Shown here: piece by piece, positions 35,664 through 48,200 of the stretch
Layout: each line of letters begins with the position of its first letter
How positions within the stretch are numbered: the first letter of the stretch is position 1
Source: Schmidtea polychroa
Lineage: Eukaryota
DNA: 64,000 bases
Assembly: GCA_044892525.1 (NCBI GenBank)
Contig: CM097887.1
Coordinates: forward strand, 118,522,397 to 118,586,396
Direction: 5' to 3'
The notes under the pieces: model-generated
What the model saw: the letters and a program-made list of their open reading frames with translations, nothing else
What the model was told of the DNA's origin: nothing
The model's database searches: none
Made by a program: the position numbers and the translations under genes

Positions 35664-38600
35664 GCCTGTGATGATAAAATAAATATTAAATCGAGTCCTT
35701 GCTCATCCATCTACGTTCTGTTACCCCAGGACGTTTGAACACATAATTACATATTGAATTCAAGCATCATATGCATTCCATCCAATAGACAATGATTTTT
35801 AGTACTCAAAGTGGATTTAAACTGCTAATTCGTTTCCATATTTAATTTTTCGATTTAACTTAAATTGGTTTGAGAAATACTAAATTATGGATTTATAGGT
35901 TATAAATTACTAAATTAAAGTTTGTGTATTTAAATTCAGAATTAATTGATTTAGATTTAACAAAATAAGGATGGATAAGGTAAGAACAGAAAAATTAAAA
36001 TTTCGTAACTTAACTTATCGTATATTTCAATAACTTTTGTTTAACTCCTTTAAAAATTCAATTCATTACTCTAATATATAAATATTATATTTTAGAAAAA
36101 TTTTATTTACAACATTACTTAATGAAAATTATGCTGTTAGGACCCACTATGGGAAGGGGTATTGCTATGTGCCTTAGATTTGTATTCAGTTCCTAGTAAT
36201 CCCTAACCGTAGTGGTTGTAAGTGGCTTTATCATCACCCTAACGGGACGAGTAATTTAACTTTTTTAAATTTCCCATTCGTTTAATTTTTGAAATTTATT
36301 CTTCGCAAATTCTGGCTAATCGTGAAACACTCTCGCGTTGTAATGGAACCGAGAAAACTTACTACATTGAAAAAGCGACAACACTATACTAGTTCAAGTT
36401 AGCTGAATAGTTGTCTCGCTGCACCTGAAGTGACACAAAGCGCATCGTTTTCAAGCTTTCACAAAAGTAAAATTCACCGCCATGTGTTTGTGTGCGCGAG
36501 TGTTATTACATCACAAATGCACATCTAGATTTTATATATTCATGTATTTAAATATTTTTCATTAAAATCTCGCGACTCCAAAATTTCGCTAAGTGACCCA
36601 ATTTGGGGTTGGGATCCATAGTTTAAGAAGCCCTGCTGTAGGTTATTAACTTTTTCGGGGTTGCACAACTATTAATAAATTTCTTACGCAAATACCTCGC
36701 TTTAAATTAACTTTCTAATTTTTGTATTTTAAGTCACAATTTAGTTTTAATTAATATTGTTTCACTAAATGCTTACAATTTATGAACGTCATTCAAAAAT
36801 TATGATTTTTCTTCATTATTGATTTGTCCCTAAATAATACTAATTAGTATTGACCAGTAATTTACACTTGCATCTCTACGTTTGAATCTGCTTTATTTTA
36901 GAAAAATATTAAGACTAAGAATGTCGCTAGTGCCTACTATACCCGTACGGCTAACTCTTTCACTATCATGAGTAGCAATTCGGTCATATTCCTCGTAGCA
37001 GGGTTTGATAATTCCAGCTCCGTTCAGTGATTCATTATAGCTCTAGACTTTGAACCTATTGAATGTAGTATTTCCTTTGTGAATATTTGTCAGTCTGGGT
37101 TAGCAGTATCGAATCGGATTCTACACCTATAGTTATTTAAAGCTCAAAACCTCATCAATCAGCAGATTTGATTTTACAATCAATCCCAACTTTTCTGCTA
37201 ATGATTCCTACAGATCATCCACATTCCCCACCTTCAGAAACTCATTTCCCTACTACTCTTAACTCCGAGATAGAATTTTTCTCCTAACTAATATTGAAAT
37301 ATCGGCGCAATAATTTTGAACTACCTATCGCACTCGCAAAACAGACACTTTAGTGTGGAAACAACGAGTGCTCACCACTGAATGAATATTCTTTGGATAC
37401 ACCTCGAATGGTGTCAGATGATGGACCAGCCGGGCCGTAATTAAGAAATCGGGTGACAAGCTCATCCACGCTTGCCTCCTTGGTTCCACAATTATGTTCC
37501 ATTTGACCTCCACTGTGCGTACTAGAGTAGACCAGCCTTACACCTCAAAGTGTAGAGTGGGGAGACTTATTCGGCGCACTACCACCATTCCTCTGATTCA
37601 TGTCATTTTGATCGGCCATTCCACTTGAATCTAGACCATCGGAATAAAGACGAGTGATCGAATTATACGCAGTTACTCAAATAATTTGTATATTTATAAT
37701 AGTTTATACTTTCTCATCTTCCGTTGGCTAACTGTATGTGGACTCTTCTCGTGGCATTGTTCATTCTTGGACATTGATTCTGGGTTAAGGTTATTATCAA
37801 AGTTGACTGGGATTCTGAATGTCATTACATAATCATTGTACTATATTCTCTTTTGTAGCTTCGGTGTCTCTTTTCTCGAATAAAAGGTTTGAGATGTTTT
37901 CTTCTCAGTGACTTTTAATTACTTAACTCAATTTCATGAATTTCATTTGGGTAATAATACAAATTTCGAAAATGAATATATATAGTAATGTGAACATGTT
38001 TTTCGATATTTGTTTTTTTTCGTAATTTGGGTTCATTGTTGACTTTCTAGGACCCACACTATCAGTATTATGGTTGCTTCGAGCCACGTTCTATTTAAAT
38101 ATTTGATTACACTATATATTTAAATACGACATTTATATATGCAACATACATACACGGACATTGTTACGTTTGATTTTTCAATTTTTTTCAATTCTCGTCT
38201 TTTGGATGCAGGGTGTTCAGTTTTGTTTGGTTTTCAACAGTCAGCTCTTTAGTTCAGGAAAGATTTTCTGCTGACTTGCTTTTTTCTTGATTTCTTCGGA
38301 TTGGGTTTTAATTTGTTTTTAGGGTCATTATTTCTTGTCTGATTCGGATTAAATTCTTCTCGTTGAGTATTCTTAGAGAGTCGTTTTTCGTATTGTTTTT
38401 AGTTCCATTTATCCACTATATTGCATTTTTCCTGCTTTCGTTTCAAATGTTCCTTGTTTTACCTGACCTTTCTTAGTTTCTGTTTGCCAACTGATAAGCG
38501 CCTATGTATTGATTCTGGCTAATTCTTGTCGTAGTTTTTTGATTATTTTTTAACAATCTCTTCCCCTCTTTATTTGTTTTCTTAACCAGATGCTTTCCGC

Positions 38601-39475
38601 TTTCACTTATCTTTTCTGATTATCGAATAATATCTATTTCTTCTTGAATATCTTCACCATTCTTCGAATTTCTCACAATTGATTCGTCATTCTTGTAGTT
38701 TCATCATTTTTTCTTGTTTCACCCTAATTTTTCATTACTTGGGTCGACGACATGACTCTTCCCTTTAAACGGTATTCTTGTTACTTTCTTGATTTAAATC
38801 TACAAACTTATAGTTCAGCATTTTGTTTCTATGGGTACTTTTATTTGTTAATTTCAGTTGATTATAATACACTTGATGTTTCTAGGCCTGGCATTATAAA
38901 GAGTGCATATTGTATTCTATTTACACTAGGTTTCTTTAACTCTCCATTCGATCATACTAATTCCTTCTTCTTGAACATTTATTTTGATGTAGAAGATGAC
39001 CACCTTTATGACATTCCATAGCCTAGTCTGTGGAATAAACTTTGATGCTTCTCTGGCGACTCCAAATTGACACATTAGTTTCTAAAAACACGTGCCTATT
39101 TTATTACGAATAAATGTGTCAGCTTGAGTACTGTGCGTATTCATCCTCATTAGGGTGACCTTCGCCTTGTATAGGGATTTCAATAATTCGTCGTATTCCA
39201 AGATACCTAGTGCAAGAAATAGTGAAGTGTAATCTTTTCCTCACCCTGTGTCCATCTACGTCGATCAGGAGACTTAGATCCAATCGAATTATTCATGCGA
39301 AGGGCGAAAAAGTATCGACTCTGTTACTTGCTTAGAAACTTATAGGAACCCATTAAATATTTGTATAATTTTATTTTTTCATTGTAGATATTGTTATAAT
39401 CATTCATATAAGTTTAACCAATCGAAATGAGTTCTGTATACGCAACTATCGGATAAGGCTGTCCATGATATCCAT

Positions 39476-39607
39476 NNNNNNNNNNNNNNNNNNNNNNNNN
39501 NNNNNNNNNNNNNNNNNNNNNNNNNNNNNNNNNNNNNNNNNNNNNNNNNNNNNNNNNNNNNNNNNNNNNNNNNNNNNNNNNNNNNNNNNNNNNNNNNNNN
39601 NNNNNNN
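39476..39607. other. Assembly gap (132 N)
   Basis: Run of n. Confidence 1.
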
Positions 39608-39720
39608 TTATAAAAATAATAATAACAATAAAATATTTATTAATTTTATTTAGAAACAAAAACCAATCAAAATATAAACGTTACATTTTTCAGACCTAAG
39701 TGATTCTGGATATTTTTCAT

Positions 39721-39787
39721 TTTTTAGACATTTTATTTTTTTAGACATTTTTTTATTTTTTAGACATTTTATTTTATGACATTTTAC
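39721..39787. repeat. Short imperfect tandem repeat (TTTTTAGACATTTT, about 4 units)
   Basis: Three TAGACATTTT copies plus one TGACATTTT. Confidence 0.7.
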
Positions 39788-40439
39788 TGTCATATTTTTT
39801 TAATTTTAATAGTAATATTGATTTTATATTACAATTTTTGAAAATAATCTTCTTTTTCGTCTCTAATTTTTGAGTATTGGGAAATTTATTTCTTCAAAAT
39901 TCATTTATATTTTTTGTTATTAATATTAAATGCAACTATTGTAGCAGGATATTTATACACATCATTTATACATATATACATTGGTCGATTTATTTTCATC
40001 AACATGGAACACCAACACTTTATATCAACACATAATAAATATACACGTCTATGAAATATCGTCTTAGTAAAACAAACTATCAATATTCTCTATTTATGCC
40101 CAAAAATGTAATTATTTTTACCAAAAAAATTTTATTAATACTATTTACTATCATCTAAACTAAAAACTTCCAAAATGTTCGATATAGACAACCAAGGGTC
40201 TAAATAACATTGAAAGGAATTGATTAGTGCTCAGAGATAGACTGAGGTCAAAGTAAAAAGTAAATTAAAAATAATTAACCTAATAAATATCTAAATTCTA
40301 ACTTTAAAATCCATTTGTTAATCACGCCATATTAAAAGTATCAGCTAATTTTACAAACTTAATAATAGTTTTAATTAAATGCATCGCATTAGATTAAAAT
40401 GTTTCAATTATCTACCAGTTAAGTAGAAACAGTTGATAT

Positions 40440-40562
40440 AGATATGGAAAGTTGTTTGTTTAAATAATATTGTTTTTAGCGTGTTTTTGGAAAATATATT
40501 TTAACTGCATTTATTATTGATTTATTGATTTTATGAATTTAGAAGTTGAAGACATCATAACT
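40440..40562 (+). repeat. 5' LTR
   Basis: AGATATGG...CATCATAACT; 119/123 identical to the 3' LTR. Confidence 0.95.
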
Positions 40563-41757
40563 GGCGACCACGCCAAGGAAATCAATGCGATAGGAAAAAA
40601 GAAAGGAACTAAGAATATGTTAGATTCCTTGTCAAAACAAGCACGTGAGATGCTAAATTTTAATGTAAGAAAGTTTGACGGAAAAGTTGGATCTGAAGCC
40701 GAACTTTGGCTAAAGGATTTTATGGAATGGCTGAGAATAGAAGATCAAAGTCTAGTAGACGCATTGGATCTTTTGTTGACAGATGCGGCATCGATGTTAT
40801 GGGAAGCGGCGAAAATGGCGAAGATGACCGATGAAATGGCAAAAGAGTGGTTTATAGAAACTTTTACAGTAAGGAAAACCATTACTAACAAGATTGTGAA
40901 ACTAGCTCAAATTCAGCAAAAGAGAGATGAAAGATTCCAAGTCTTCGAAATACGAGTAAGAAGTTTAGTTAAAAGTTTATTTAGCTCTGGAATGTCTGAG
41001 GAACAGATTGTTCGAGACATTATTTCAAACAGAGCGAAAGACGATAGAGTAAAAGAAATATTCTTATCAGGGAAAGTGACAAGTTTTGAAGATGACAGGG
41101 ATATGGCAAAAATTCAGGAGAAGATCGATATGACGAATGACAATAAATTCAATATTGATGCCATAAGAAGAGACTCTTACGCATCAGTGATGAAAAATGA
41201 TAAATTCGAGGGTAGACGAGACCAAAGAACAATTGTGAAGACAACTGCACATCAACGCGACGAACACCGAGAGATTAATCATGAGAGGAATAGACCTGGT
41301 AATGGTCGGTTTTTACCAATTGAAAATGAAGACAAGAATGAAAATGAGCGGTATAGAGGACGATACGAGAATACCTACAGTATCGCCTAAAAATATTGCA
41401 AGAAGGTTATTTAATGACAGCAAAGGAAGAGATTCGCCTCATCCAGTGAAACTGACACCAGGTCAGTGTTTTTGTTGTGGAGAAAAAGGGCACCGGCGTT
41501 TTGAATGTCCTATGAAAGACAAATGTCTAATCTGTGGAAAAGGTCATGGATTCAGAGATTGTTTTTTGCTTAAAAATAGAAATGGATATCAGAAGAGAGT
41601 GGCATGTATTTACGAAGAAGATCACGAAAGAAATAATGGTGATTTCACAGAAGATTTATACAGTAATTACGAAGAAATGATAAAAAAATCAATGGATAAA
41701 CCAAAAAACAAGGACGATCCCATTGCTTTCATTTCGTCAGTGGGGTCGACACAATAA
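40533..41757 (+). CDS. gag: gag (one frameshift near 41370) with two CCHC zinc knuckles
   Basis: ORF 40533-41390 (VRKFDG...LWLKDF capsid-like) joined to ORF 41281-41757 (CFCCGEKGHRRFEC, CLICGKGHGFRDC). Confidence 0.9.
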
Positions 41758-44700
41758 TCAGTAGAAAGAAGCGAAATGAAGACATGATGCAGAAGATGTA
41801 TGAGACGACAGACAGAAGAAAGTGGAGTAAGATTGTAATAAACATGACGGCGATTGAAATGCTTTGGGACTCTGGAGCGTCAGTATCAGTTATGAGTGAA
41901 AAAAGTTGGACAAAGATCGGGAAACCGAGGTTGAAGCAGAGCACAATTTCTCTTTGTGGAGTATTTTCGACGGGAATGGAAAGACCGTTAGGAGCAATGA
42001 GGATAGAAGCTGATTGGAATGGGAAAAAAAGAATTATTAATGTTATAGTTGTCAAAGATATACGTCCAGATTTCATTGGGGGGTGTAGATACAATGGAGA
42101 GATTTGGTATTCGACTGGTAGAGGTAGACAATATTGAAGCGTCACAAGTAGGGAGGACATATGTGGACTCACAACGAGAAGAGAAAGCATTATTAATGCT
42201 TGGAGACAGGAAGAATGAACAGTTAGACATATTGCTACGGAAGTTCAAAGGTATTTTTATGGCTTCAACTTTTGATTTCGGGTTTACGGAAGTTGTTCAA
42301 CATGAAATGAATATAGTAGGTGGGCCTATAATGTTACAGCCAAGAAGACAACCAATGCATTTAGAACAAAAGCTTGACGAACTTGTCGCAAACTTATCAG
42401 AAGCGAGAGTTATTAGAAAATGCAAAAGTGCATGGAACGCGCCACTAGTGATTGTGGCTAAGAAAGATGGATCAATAAGGATGTGTGTCGACTATAGAGG
42501 GTTGAATGCGATCACTGAAAAGATATCTTTTCCAATGCCAGATACACGATTTCTACTGGATTGTCTGGCAGATTCAAAATATTTCACATCCATCGATCTA
42601 GGTCAAGCATATTATCAAGTTGGAATGGCGAAGGAAATTCAAGAGGTCACGGCTTTCAGTACAAGGCAAGGACAGTTTTGTTTTAACCGACTTCCTTTTG
42701 GACTAGCAACCGCCCCTGCGACGTTTCAAAGAATGATGCACTCAATGTTGGATGGAATATCATTTAAGGGTGTTGTTGTCTACCTCGATGACATTCTTGT
42801 CTATGGAAAAGACAAAGAGGAACACAATAACCGATTAGAGGAAGTATTCAGAAGAATTCAACTAGCGGGGTTGAGAATTAACCCAGAAAAATGTAATCTG
42901 TATAAAGAAGAATTGACATTCCTAGGGCACACCGAAAGTGCAAGTGGGATAAAAACGAACGACAAGATGATTAAAGAGATTCAAGATGCAGAAATACCAG
43001 TATGCACCAAACAATTAAGATCCTTTTTAGGTATGACCAATTACTACAGGAAGTTTATAAAAGACTATGCGAAAATTGCGGAACCTCTACATGCAGCTAC
43101 GTCCAGCTGTGAGAAAAAGATTAATTGGTCAGAAGATTGCAACAATAGTTTTGAATTACTTAAAACAAAGTTGTGTGAAGCTCCAATTCTAGATTACCCA
43201 AGAATGGATAGAAACTTTATTCTGGATACAGACGCTAGTTTTGGGGCCATCGGAGCAGTTTTATGTCAAGCTAAAGAAGATGGTACTGAAGTGGTAATTG
43301 CATATGGGTCGAGACACTTGACCGCGCATAAAAAAGGTTATTGTGTGACTAGGAAGGAGTTACTTGCTATACACGAATATGTAATGTATTTTAAACAATA
43401 TCTATATGGAAAGTCATTTGTAGTACGAACGGATCACAAGGCGTTGGCTTTCATGAGATACACAAAAAAACCGATAAGCCCGCAATTCCAAACATGGCTA
43501 GCCAACCTTTCCGGATATGATTTCGATCTTCAATATAGGAAAGGAGAGGAACATGGAAATGCGGACGAAATATCAAGGATTAAAGAAATGTTATGTGCAC
43601 AATGCCAGACTAGACATGAAGACGCAAAAGAAGAAAAAGCCAGAGTAAGACATATCAGCTCATTACAGAAGACTGAGTCGATGACAAAACTCTTAGAAAA
43701 GCAACAAGATGATATAGATTTCATTCACATGACAAGAGTGTTACAGGGAGAAGAGAAAAAAGATGACTTGAATAAAAAGAAATTTCCTTTCAATTTGCAT
43801 AACAACATAAAATTAGAAGATGGGTTTTTATTATTAGAGAAGAATGGTAAAGATGTCATCCTGGTGCCAATAGACTACTCAAATACGTTAGTTAAAGGAA
43901 TACATACTGAAATGTGTCACATTGGAGTAAAGAAATTAATTAGCTATATGAGCAATATATTTTTTTGGCCAAACATGCAAGAAACTATACAAAACTGTTT
44001 GAGAGTATGTGAGATATGCTGCAGAAGGAAGATAGTGCAGGAGTTGCCGATTATAAGTTCAGAATTTTTAGAACAGTTGGTCATTGATATAGCACACATG
44101 AAGAATGGTAGAGTGTACAAGTATATGCTAGTTATCATTGATCGTTTTAGCAAAATGGTCAGTCTGACCGCACTGGAGAGACAAGACGAGAGATCGATTT
44201 TCAAAGCCATATTGGAGAAGTGGATATACCGTTTCGGAAAACCGCGAAATCGTCTGTCAGACAGAGGGAAGAACTTCGATAGTGGTTTTATGAAAACAAA
44301 TCTAGGAAGACTGGGTATTACGCAACAGTTCAGTTCGCCATATCAGCATCAATCTAACGGTTTAGTTGAGAGAACAATACGGACAGTCAGAGACTTGCTG
44401 GCAACATCATTAGCAGGTGGACTAGGAGAGCGAAATTGGGCGGAGTTACTTCCTCGAGTAGAATTTTGTATCAACGTGACACAACAGAGGGTGACGGGAT
44501 TTTCTCCATATGAAATTGTTTTTGGGAGGAAGGTTAACCTTCATTCAACATTGCCTCAGACGACATTGGATACAGTTGAGATACATAGATTGGTAAGAGA
44601 GAACAGTGAGAAAGCAGCTAAACGAATGAAAGAGATGGAAACAGAGAAGAGAACGAGTCAATGTTTCACGGTGGGGGAGAAAGTATTAGTTCGGAAAGAA

Positions 44701-44847
44701 CCACAAAATCGCGACAAAGATGGACTACAGTATGAAGGTCCTTTTGTCATATCAAAGTTTTTGTCAGAACGCCAGGTGGAATTGAGTGACGGGACGACAA
44801 AGAAACTCAGACGAATTGAATGGCTTAAGAGATGGGCAGTTCCTTAA
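41700..44847 (+). CDS. pol: pol polyprotein (protease, RT, RNase H, integrase); one frameshift in G6 run 42078-42083
   Basis: PR LWDSGAS; RT RMCVDYRGLN, LPFGLATAPATFQ, YLDD; RH TDAS, RKELLA, TDH; IN H..MCH..C..C, VIDIA, LSDRG, NGLVER; GPF tail. Confidence 0.95.
41703..41781 (+). promoter_or_regulatory. -1 programmed ribosomal frameshift signal (slippery heptamer plus pseudoknot)
   Basis: A-AAA-AAC in the gag frame at 41703-41709; 5-nt spacer; stem 1 41715-41725/41738-41748; stem 2 41728-41736/41772-41780; the pol frame opens after TAA at 41697-41699. Confidence 0.8.
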
Positions 44848-44857
44848 AGAAGTGGAG

Positions 44858-44980
44858 AGTTATGGAAAGTTGTTTGTTTAAATAATATTGTTTTTAGCGT
44901 GTTTTTGGAAAATAAATTTTAACTGCATTTATTATTGATTTATTGATATTATGAATTTAGAAGTTGAATACATCATAACT
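44858..44980 (+). repeat. 3' LTR
   Basis: AGTTATGG...CATCATAACT with AATAAA at 44911-44916. Confidence 0.95.
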
Positions 44981-45265
44981 GATATAAAGTTGAGATCTTC
45001 TCGAAAAAAAGGTTTTGGAAACCATGATCTTAACACATTATATATATATTCATTTATTTTTATATATTATTATATTATTTTTAGCACATTATATTAATAT
45101 TTCCTATGATCAAAATATTTTACAATTATATTTAAATTAAATTGCCTATGAATAATAATTTAATTTTTAAGAAACCCCATATAATATAAAATTCTTAAAT
45201 ATTTGTTTAAGTAATCGACATAATAAACTATTTTTCAATTTATAGATATTAATTTATCTGTTACA

Positions 45266-48200
45266 ATGGACGGTGGATTTTTTAAAGTATAAATGTTAGT
45301 TTATAATATATTAAAGTTATGAATATAATTAGGGTACAACTACAGAACAAGATTCTAGATTTTCTGATAAGCAATCTAAATTAATGAGACAAATGAAATT
45401 TAGCGATATTCTTGATAACAAGGTCTTTTAACATATTTAATTGTTAATTTATTGTTTATTAATAGATTGATATGAGCAAGATTGATCTAAAAATAATTAA
45501 ACCGTGGATCAATAAACGCCTTACCGAATTACTTGGTTTTGATGATGATGTTGTCGTGGCTTATGTTTTTAATCAATTGGAAACTAAAGTAAATTTCTAA
45601 CATAGTTTGTCATAAATTTACACGTAAATTTCCAAGAGATTGAATAAATTATATGTGGTTTAGTTTAACTCAAAATTTGTTTAGCATCCAAATCCGAAAG
45701 AAATTCAAGTGAATTTGACTGGATTTTTAAATGCAAAAAATTCTAGAATGTTTTTAGCTGAGCTTTGGGAATTGTTAATTTCTGCTTCATTAACAGATAA
45801 AGGTGTCCCATTAAATATGATTGAAGCTCAATTAACAGAGTTGAAAAACTTCGAGGTTGGGGTTTATACAAATAATAATGTTCACCGTTTTAGTATTAAT
45901 GTCGAATAATATTTTTATTAAATTCATTTTTTTAAAAATGTATATTATACTATTTGGATCGAAAGTGTGACGTTGTTTAATAATAACAAATACTGTTTTT
46001 ATTACAATTTTTACTTTTTATAAATATGTCAAGGATTACTTATATATTATTTTGCATTATGATAACAAATACTGTTTTTTTTATAATTATATCAAGGATT
46101 ACTTATATATTATTTTGCCCTCGCTCAACCATTTCCACCAATATTTAACATAGAGCAATATCTTGGGTTTTTGGCTTGTATTCGAACTGACACTCGTCAC
46201 CGCATACTTCAATCGTTAAGTCAAATTTCAACTGATAATATACGAAAAATGTTGGATCATTTATTTGAAAATGTATCCAACTTTTCCATTCTGATATATT
46301 TATTTATTTACGCAGATTGAGGAGAATATTTTAATGATTTTCGATGGAGAATTATTTAAAATATGCTAAAAAGTCATTGAATGGCATTTTATATTAAAAT
46401 TTATAGTTAATATTGGTTTTACATATAATTTGAATATTCAGATGGTAATTTGACCTGGCAGATTGAACTGACTTAAAATACTATTTTGTCAATGGCTAAA
46501 CAACATATACAAGAGAAAAGCCTTTTAAAAAGTGAGTATAATTAACATAATATGTATTTAACCTTGCCAGTTTTTATTTATTTTTATTAAAATAACATTT
46601 TTATTTGTATTTAAAAACAGTATTGATATTTGTTGAAAACACGGGTCATTCTATCCATATTAATGTGCTCATTCGCATTTTTACTTTTCGGTGAACATAT
46701 TTATTGAATTTATCGTTTAAAATATGTTTTGATGTCGGATTTCAAGGACGAGGAGGCTAAAATTAAAACCCAATTAGAAGATGAATCGGCAAAATTTGTT
46801 AAGTTACTTAAGATTGAACCGACAGAGGAAAAAGAAAAGGATTCAAAGAAAAAGGATCGAGAAAGATCTCCTAGACGAAACACTTCCCCAAGAAATGATG
46901 ATAGGAATCGTCGACGATCTAATGAAAGAAAACATTCGGTTGATAAGCGATCAAATGATCGTAGGCGTTCAGGTAGCAGACGACGATCTAATGAACGACG
47001 ACATTCAGGCAAACCGCGATCCAATGATAAAATCAGCAGAAGGAGATCTAGAAGCAGGCAATCAATTGAAAGGAAGCGATCAGGAAGCAGGAGGCGTTCA
47101 AATGAACGAGTTAAAAGAAGAGAAATATCAGAAACAAAAGTAATGATTTTGAGTTATTTTTTTAATAGCCATTTTATATAATACTTTAGAGAGACCAATT
47201 GCAAGTGAAAAAAGAAAACAAATCTCCCAAATTGCAAGAAATGAAGAAGCGAGAAAAGTCTGAAGAAAAGAAAAGAAGAAAATCAATAGATAGTGATAAT
47301 AGGAATATATTAAATCTCGATTATAGGGATAATTCCGAAGAAATGCAGAAAGAGGAGGTGAAAAGTGTGGAAGAAAAGAAAAGAGAAGGAAGTGTGGAGA
47401 GTAAAGGGAAATGGAGAGATTTGAGTGGTGATAGTAAGCGAAATGAGCGTAAGAAGAGTAATGAAGGGAGGATGAGAAATAGAGATGATAATAATGATAG
47501 AAGGCAAAGAAGACGAGAAGAAATTCCTCGTGGAAAGGCAAGAGCAAGAGAAGAATTTGTAGATGGGAAGCAAAGGGGAAGAGAGGAAAACTTTGAAGAC
47601 AGGCGAAAGCGAAGAGAAGAGTATAATGATGGGCGACAACGTGGCAGAGAAAACAGAAGACGTAGTCGTAGCCCTGTAGATAAGCGTGAGAGACATCGAG
47701 TGGAGCGTGAAAGAAGCAGAAGAAAGCATAGTCGAAGTCGTGAAGGAAATCGAAAGTATGAGAGATTTAACGACAACGGGTTGAATAGGGGAAGGCGGGA
47801 TAGAAGAGACGAGTCTAAGGAGCGTTATCTGGATGAAAAGCATAGAAGAGAACTATCCGAAGAGAACAAAGGGTGGAAACAAGAAATCATCAAAGAAACC
47901 TGGAAAAACGAGTCAGAAAGTCCTAAGGAAGTCCCCACCAATAGAAAACGCTATTCCGAATCATCTCCCAATCAACAGAGACGAAGAAATGCCAATGACA
48001 ATAAGAAGCGATTTGAGTCATCCAATTCATCAGAAGAAATCCTGAGAAAACACAAAATCGGTTCGATGTATGCCGATCGAATGAATGAAGACAAATCTCG
48101 AATCAGAAAGGAAATTGTTAAAACCCGGGATAGGCCCGATACGAAAGCCTATAATAAACGGAATCAAAATCGGAGACGAAGTTCGGAAGAGAAGCGGCCA

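Larger units (their letters stand above)
40440..44980 (+). mobile_element. Near-intact full-length Ty3/gypsy LTR retrotransposon (4541 bp, no env)
   Basis: LTRs 40440-40562 and 44858-44980 (123 bp, 4 substitutions); 5-bp TSD GATAT; PBS TGGCGACCACGCCAAGG (resembles the complement of a tRNA-Arg 3' end); PPT AAAGAAGTGGAG; domain order gag-PR-RT-RH-IN. Confidence 0.97.

Noticed and set aside
37000-39350. Possible non-LTR retrotransposon 5' region or ribozyme
   Set aside because: Frames are heavily interrupted with no RT or endonuclease motif, and no ribozyme fold could be supported.
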